Part shown: positions 55,893 to 64,000 of the stretch, piece by piece
How the letters are laid out: the number at the start of each line of letters is the position of its first letter
Position numbering within the stretch: position 1 is the first letter of the stretch
Assembly: GCF_009914755.1 (NCBI RefSeq)
Contig: NC_060936.1
DNA from: the human T2T-CHM13v2.0 reference genome, Homo sapiens
Reading direction: 5' to 3' (one strand)
DNA length: 64,000 bases
The notes under the pieces: generated by a model
Database searches by the model: none
What the model was told of the DNA's origin: nothing
What the model saw: the letters and a program-made list of their open reading frames with translations, nothing else
Translations under genes and position numbers: made by a program

Positions 55893-56257
55893 TTTTATTT
55901 TATGATTATTATTATACTTTAAGTTTTAGGGTACATGTGCACAACGTGCAGGTTTGTTACATATGTATACATGTGCCATGTTGGTGTGCTGCACCCATTA
56001 ACTCGTCATTTAGCATTAGGTATATCTCCTAATGCTATCCCTTCCCCCTTCCCCCACCCCAAAACAGGCCCTGGTGTGTGATGTTCCCCTTCCTGTGTCC
56101 ATGTGTTCTCATTGTTCAATTCCCACCTATGAGTGAGAACACGCGGTGTTTGGTTTTTTGTCCTTGCAATAGTTTGCTGAGAATGATGGTTTCCAGCTTT
56201 ATCCATGTCCCTACAAAGGACATGAACTCATCGTTTTTTATGGCTGCATAGTATTCC
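55893..56257 (-). mobile_element. L1PA (about PA3-5) 5'-truncated 3' end
   Basis: attatactttaagttttagggtacatgtgcac..., older GAG diagnostic (actcgtcattt); TSD-like ctttctttct..aaattt on both sides. Confidence 0.93.
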
Positions 56258-59200
56258 TTTCTTTCTAAATTTATTAAATGATACTAATGATAGCTTCTTA
56301 TTCAAAAACTTGTCAACTTTTTCATGATTGATGATTATTCACAAAATCAAGTTTTGTTATTTTGTTCTGCATAGTATTGTTCTACAGAGATTCATTCCCT
56401 GAAGACATTAAGTGTTTTGTTTTGTTTTATAGGATTCTTGTTTTTCCTTAGACTAGGCCACCATTTTTCTGGGTCTGGCTCTTGGACAGCCTCCTGTCTT
56501 CCCTGTGACATCCCATAGTTCTCAGAAATCTCTCACCTGAATTCATCCAAGCTTTGCTCCTCAACATGGCAAACTTTTAATTGTCTTATGTCACTAATCT
56601 ATTTAATTCTTTTCCTCTTTAATTACCAAAATTTTTCTTATTCCTCATATAATTTACTCATTCCTTTACCTAACATTTCAATACATATTTGGAATAGAAA
56701 ATATGTAGAGAAGTAATCATATTAAGAAGAGATCATACAAAAGTATTATTCATCTCTCCATGATACTTTATATATTCACATAATCATGTGTATACACATT
56801 TATTCTTTAACTCATGTAATATTTATTTTAGTAACAATTGAGAACTTGTTTTATGTCATGCACTAGGCACATGAAATACATTAGTGAAGAAGACGTATTT
56901 TACAGAAACTATGAAAGATAATACATGTTTGTAGTGTTATGCTACTTAGTTATGCAATTTGTCTCTGCTGGCCATGATGCTAGCGAGGGTGGCTCATTTT
57001 GTGGTAGGGGAAGCAATGGAACATACACTTCCCAGATGGCTTCACTCATATGGTTGCTTTATGGGGCTAGATTATCTTTATCACAGCACACAATGGTTTC
57101 AGGATACTTCAAAGCCTTATGTGGTGTGGAGCTTTCCCCAGAGCACCACAGCAGAATTTCCCATCTTTCTTAACCTTTAGACCAACACTGGCATGGCATG
57201 ACTTCCTTCCACTAAGTCTTGGGTAATTTGTGACACAGCAATAGATGACTAATTTAGGATCTCTACTTCAGACTATTTCCTGCCAATTCCCAAGCTCACA
57301 TTGCTGCTAGTCTCAGGACTCATTGACAATTTGGTGGCCCATAAAACTGAAGTCTGAAATAAGATAGACCTGATTTCTAGTTACAGATTGATAACTTTCT
57401 AGTCATGTGTCTTTGAGCAAGTCAGGCCAGTGGGCAGTTTCAAACAATCTATTTCTTCATCTCAAGAAAGGCCAATGATGTTTATTTCATTTGGATGCTG
57501 TGAGGATCAAATAAGACAGTAATAAATGTAAGCTCTGTTGTCATTTCTGTTCACATGATCACATGACCCTTTAGAAGAGTTTCTCTACCTGCTAAGTTGA
57601 CAATAGAATTAGGGAGTGGAGTGCAAAAGCTGATGTGAGAAGACAAGTTATTACCTGCTCTTGAAACTCAGACAGGTCATGATAGTAGCTCGGAGAGAGA
57701 AGGATTAAAGTAAAATATATTGTAAATTTAAAAAGACAGAAATTCCCTTTGATGACATCCACAGACACATAAGTTTTTTATAACTTTTTTTATTTATAAC
57801 TTTTTTTATTTATAACTTTTATATCCTTTTAACAAAATTCCACATCTCTAGGTTAAATATTTCTCTTTCTTTAAACATTTCTCATAAGCGATGTTGTGTT
57901 ATTCTTTTGTAAATATATTTTAATCCATCTAAATCCTTCTAAATGAAGGTACTCAGAACTGAAAGAAATAGTCCAAGAATTTACCAACCAGTACAGAGTT
58001 GGACTGTGCCGCCCTAGGTTTACCTGTGGTACTGTCCTTAATGAAGATGGATATGATATCCTTTTGGTCATGAAATCATCTGATATTGAATGTTCTGATA
58101 ACCAAAAAAGGGGCTAAGATATGACCCCTTATTTTGTGACAGTGAATTCAGTTGACTATACATGAGCAAAGGTGTCATAGTTATCCTTGATCAGTTTCAC
58201 CTCATAACACATCCTATCTCAGTGCATTGGGATCTTTTTGTATATTTTTTGCTTACAGATTTTGTCCACAGACATATTTGTTCTTCTTTACAAATTCCGA
58301 TTATTTTCAATCAACTTAACCTTATGAAATTTATTGCTAAATGCATGTAAGACTTTATCCATATCTAAATGGAAAGATAGAGATAGGTGTAATATAATCA
58401 GCATCAAAAATGTATTAGAACATATGTGAAAAATCATATCAATATGTCTAAACCAAATAACTAGATAGACATGATTCAAATTTGTTGTATTTATGTTTTT
58501 TTCATAGCATACACTGATCTGAAATTCATTAATTCATAAATTTGTGTGTGTGTACTATATACTCTGCTAGGTGCTGGGAATACAGCAATGGACAAGGCAG
58601 AGTAGGTGTGTGGCATTACAGGGTTAATAACAAGCAAACAATGACAACCCATGACATGAAGGTGATTCTATTTCACTGACTTATTTTTTTGCATGGATTC
58701 TACATGTGTAATCAATTTTAATTGTTAGATTTATTGAAACTTCATCATATTAAAATGAATTTCATAATATTTTGTTTTACCACCAAGATAAAACAATTTT
58801 TAAAAATAATTTTAGACTGCTTTTGAAATGCCATCAGCCTATTTCAGAATGTTTTCTTTTTACAGCACATGTATAATATTGGAAGTTTTTTCATTGATTT
58901 TATATTTATATAAAATATATAATCAATTTAAATCTAGCCTGTACCTCTTATTGTGCATCAGCATTTTTTAAATGTTGACATCATTATAATGGTTGCATAA
59001 CTGCGGCTAGTAGAACTATTCCATTGCAAGTTCTATTTTATTTTTAAGTTGGTTATAATTTTGCCTTTGTGGTGCAGATAGATTATACCTGCACCAAGAG
59101 AAAGGTCACTGAAGATGCAGAGTGCATTCACTGGACTACACTGACCGAAAATATACTACTACAACTTAGTGTGTAAAACAAGATGACAAAGAGAGATTAA

Positions 59201-62200
59201 AGGTATTTGGTCACACGTGTCCCATGTTGTAGGGGATGTAACTGAGTTATGACTAAATTAAATGCCTTCTACAGGGTAGAGCGAAGACTCAGACTCAGAC
59301 CTTCTGCCTTCTGTTCAGTGGTGTTTCTACCATTTAACATTTATACTAGAAATGCATAAAATTAAATAAGTGGACAGATAGAGATGAAACAAGATTGGCT
59401 GTGTGCTGCTCCTGGGTCACAGTTTCATGGGTTCATTATGCTATTCTCAACTTTTGTTTTTGAAATTTTCCAAATAAAAAATTCCATACAAAAAATTAAG
59501 ACATAAGCACAAAGAGCTCATTTCTAATTTAGTATGCCATTATAATTTATAACATAGAGGTAACAGAACATAACATATTTTTGAAAAAAATAAGTACAGG
59601 TTACAAATATTTACCAATTAAAAACCCCCATAATCATTCCAGGATTAAGAAAGTAGAAGCTATTCTAAGAAACTGTATGCTATAAAGTCACCATTTCAAC
59701 TTTTAAAGAAAGTTATTTTTGTTTTTCATGTTGGTGGAATTTCAATACTGTTAATAGTATTATTTATATAAAGTTTAATATATGGACATATGTGATTTTT
59801 TAATATCCCATATTGGTTTATTTTATGCTTAAGCTGCTAAAAGAACAATCCAACAGAGTTACCTAATTGGGACCCTATCTGGGCAAGAATAGAATGAATC
59901 CAAACAGATCAATAGAAAAGACATATTCGTTGAAAAGTAAATTAGAAGATATGACTTGTGATGTCTACAGATTTGGTACAATCTCATACAAAAACTTACA
60001 AGAACTGATGGCAAGTTGAATGGTTCTAAGGTTCTACATCTCTAAAGAAAGCTTGGGCTTTTAGGGACCCTAAATTACGCTAAGGCCACAAAGAATATTA
60101 ATGCATTTTAGGAAGTTACTAGAAAAAAGATTTTAAAAAAAGAAGCTTTTGTATATTTTAACCAACTAAAAACTTTAATAAACAGAACTAATTATTCTCC
60201 ATGAATTAGGGTTACTCAATTTGTTTCAGTATAACAATACTGTAGAAGTAAACATCTGACTCACACAAATCCCATGCTGATAATAGTCCTGAACACTGAT
60301 AACAGTAACAGAGTTTTCCTCATGTACCATCTGATGTCTATGGTAGAGAACAAAGGAATGGAAAAAGTTTTGCCAACGATTTTAAAGAAAGTGTATTACC
60401 GACATGTCTTTTTCCCAGAAAAAGGACTATTCTTGTGGTATAAGTCACCAGCAATTCATATTATTCTAATTACTCACTTTTAAGAACACGATGTGTCATG
60501 AAACCTGTGGCTGTAACTTTGCAGACTTATTTTTTCCCCAGAGTTTACAAAATGAGCAAAAATATACAAAGCCACTGAACATTACTGACTTTGACTTTCC
60601 AGAATTATTCTTCAGAACCACCAACCCTCTGTATGTCATCTGAAATGATCCAAAGGTTGCCTGCCAAGTATACACATCCCCAAATTCTCAGTCGCAAACA
60701 CAGATATTTCATGAGAAGCCAAACCCGGGACAGCACTTCTGGGTTCTTTAGAACATGGAACTGCCTAGAATTGAAACTAATTTTTGCAGGGACTCCAAAA
60801 CAGGTTACAGTTCTTTTACTCTTCTGGGTTCTCTTAACATTTGGGAAATAATTGTGTTTATTCATCCATTCTTTTATTCATTTTATTCATCTAACAAGTG
60901 CTTATCCAGTCCCTCTTCTATGCCAGGTGCAGATAATACAATGGAGATAAGGCAGAAATCAAAGACATTTGTCTTCATGGAATTTATATTCTGGTGGGTG
61001 TGGCAGAAAAATAAGCATGTGAGCAAATAAATAAACAAGATTTCAATTAGCAGTAGGTGAAAATGCAATCTCAACTCCCTTTGTATCAGTTGAGTGAACT
61101 TGATAATGTTTCTTAACCTTTTTGATATATTAATTTTCAAGATATCAATAAAGGAACATTGATCCTAGACTTTGTGTGAGGATTAAGCCAGATTATGCAG
61201 CAAAGTGCTTGAAACATAACCAATGCTTCACTTGCACGTTTGCATAGGATACGTGCTGAGATGTCTGACATGCTATTTGCAACATGGAAAAAAATGAAAA
61301 TAACCCAAATTCTCTCAGAGGGAAATGGATTAATAATATATACTATATTTATTTGGTCGAATGAAGCCCAGCTGTTAAAAGACAAACCCTAGATTTTAAA
61401 AATATAATTTGAGTAAAAATAAAGTGGCAGAAAACATGTATTATGATGCTATGAACAGTGCAACATTCATGAACATATATGTATGTATGCAAAAATATTT
61501 TAATGGGACAGGAAAGAGGTATTAAATTCATGATAATGAATGTACGCTCAGGGAAGGAGGAGGCAATAGATAGAACTGGAAAGGTGCTAGAAAGATTCAA
61601 AGAATATGGCATCTTTATCTATAATGTGCTATTTTATATTAAAAATAAGGCACATTGAAAAATCAAATGAATGACAGAGAATGTGCTGGAGAGATAATAT
61701 CAATTGCATGGATAACTGAGATTCTATATTTAAAAATTGTCTGTGAAAGGGAAACTTTCTGTACATTTGTGGCTGTCCTTTCTACATGGCTGTTACTTTA
61801 AGTTTGACAGTTCATTTTCCCTGGCTCAGCAAGCAAAGTCCTGTGGAATGAATACGCCATGGGCTTTCTTTAGCTCCTGTTTTGGGGGTAAAACACATTT
61901 ACTTAGAATAATCAAGTATATTTTCTAAATAGTTCAGGTCTTTCTTTCTTTTTCTTTTTTTTTTTTTATTTTGTGTTTTGTTTATACATTTTTTTCAGCT
62001 AGGGACTTCTTCACATCTGGTCACATCTGGGATACAGAACAAAATTCCTGACCGCTGTTTTTGAGCTTAATTCAAGAAGTCAGTCTGTTCCAGGACATTG
62101 CCACAGAATAGTTGACAGGATCTTTCCCCTTCTTACATACTACAAAGACTTGATTGACTTTTACAGACAGCAAGTGGTTGTTTTTGGTGGGCTCTTTAAA

Positions 62201-62909
62201 TTACTAAATACACACATTTGTTCAATGTTGTCAGCCTAATTTTTTTTCAGTTCTGATGGTTTTTAACTTTTACTGAATACTCACAGACTGTGCACATAGT
62301 CACTAAATGAGGTTAAGTTTTCATTTTCCATCTCATATAAATAGCTACTCAAGTAGATGTGGACTGGGATAGGTGTCCCCCAAACCAAAGCTATTTGGCA
62401 AAGATCTGACTTTTCTTTCACAAGCAGAATGAGAGGCTAACATCTTAATGTACCATATTCATTGCAAGAAAATTATATCGTGCTTTAAATATAAGTCATT
62501 AATCTCTCATTGCTGTTAAAAGTAATACTGAAATTAGGCAAATCAATCTTTTTTTTTTTTGGTGCAATATCTTTTCCTTGCTGGGTTCTTATCAATATCC
62601 AATGGAATACATTTTTTCTCTTTTGGAGGGACATTGCTTATATATATTTTTGATATATCTCAAAAGATTCAGCGAAAATAGGAATATCACTAGGGCATAT
62701 TCATTTACTAAAGCAAGTTTATAATAATCTATCTAAGAGGAGTGAAAAACTCTTCTCTGTTTTCTTCCAATAACTATAAGACAGCTTCAGACTCCTGACT
62801 GTGGAACTGCTTGCAAAAGATTAAGGGCAATATTTAAAAGTATTAAGTTTATTTGCTTGCATGGTTTTTCATTCCACCTCCCCAAGTCACATTAGCCATG
62901 CCACACCCA

Positions 62910-63096
62910 AGACCTTAGTTTTGCAATCACTTAACTCCTGATGTAGCAATTAAGATTATAACAGCCTTGAAGAAGATTCCAGAGCCTTCTGAAACCTCAG
63001 TTTCAGACCCTAGTTTTGCAATCGCTTAACTCCTGATGTATCAGTTAAGATTATAAAAGCCTTGAAGAAGGTTCCAGTTCCTTCTGAAACCTCAGT
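62910..63096. repeat. Tandem duplication, period 95 bp, two copies
   Basis: 62910-63001 vs 63005-63096, 8 mismatches in 92 nt by hand count. Confidence 0.93.
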
Positions 63097-64000
63097 CACA
63101 CTTTAGTCACTGGAATAGAATTCACTATTAGAAAATAAGCAGAACTCTCTCTCTCTTAGCTCCTAGAACTTTTTAAAAAAATGTTCTATTGAACGCTCAT
63201 TTCTATCTTGCTGACCCCATATTTTCTTAACTTTCAACATGACTTCTCTCATCAGGCCAAATGACTTTGCTTGTTCTTCCTTATAACTCTTTTGGTAATT
63301 CTTACATTCGTGCTATAAACCCTCATGGAATTCCCTCTTCATGATTTTCCAGTAATCCTGATTCAAGAGAATGTTTAAACCCATACCTCATAGAAAATCC
63401 TAAATCTTCCTCACTTCTCTAATAAATTCAATGTTTTGCATGCCCACAGCACTTTATATGTACAGATTTCAACATATTATCTGATATTTATTCATCTTGT
63501 CCTTAATAATTGTTCTGTAGCTTAATGAAGGCATGTTTGGTTCAACCTCTTATATCCTCATTGTCACCATTAACTTGAGACAGATAGAATGTATTTTTCT
63601 TCTGCATAATGCCATTCAAATCACAATTATTGAACACTGATAATCTGTGAAAGAGGCAAAGAAAAATATAATTAAAATTATGAAGAATTTTAAAACTTAT
63701 AGTCTGAGGAAACAAGATATAGTCTTTATTTAAAAAATAAAATGTTTAAATATTTCCTAATAAATATAGAGAATATACACAATGTGGCCATACAAATCTT
63801 CTTAAAAATAAATACTTGGGGGACTCAACATAGGGAGAAATTACTTCTAGATGGAGATGAGGACATACCATATGAAGAAAGTAGAATTTGACTTGGGAGA
63901 AGTTTTAACTTATTCATTCAACACATGTTAAGTAGCTAGTATTCATCAGATACTATGATAAACTCTGGGCTGAACAGAATTTTGCTAGATGGAGAGAAAG

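Overview
AT-rich, repeat-dense human genomic DNA containing the 5' half of the decorin gene (DCN, class I small leucine-rich proteoglycan) on the minus strand, plus about 43 kb of gene-free upstream sequence. Visible DCN parts: non-coding leader exon 1a (donor at 20131), a probable alternative leader exon 1b (about 16838-17058) lying inside an antisense L2 relic, coding exon 2 (15818-16061, ATG at 16028) and coding exon 3 (2079-2191); the remaining exons lie left of the window. The rest is transposon relics (Alu, L1, L2, MIR, MaLR LTRs, MADE1, MER3), microsatellites and a decayed GABARAP processed pseudogene fragment (about 31140-31396). I find no convincing new multi-gene system. The most notable structures are a human-specific pre-Ta L1HS insertion with an apparently nested 3' transduction about 124 bp from the exon 3 donor, an in-frame minimal uORF before the DCN ATG, a perfect 38-bp templated copy 2.25 kb from its donor, a target site used twice (L1PB with 5' inversion, then Alu) and a nested inverted-repeat knot in intron 2. 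Repeat subfamily calls and boundaries of old elements are by eye and approximate.
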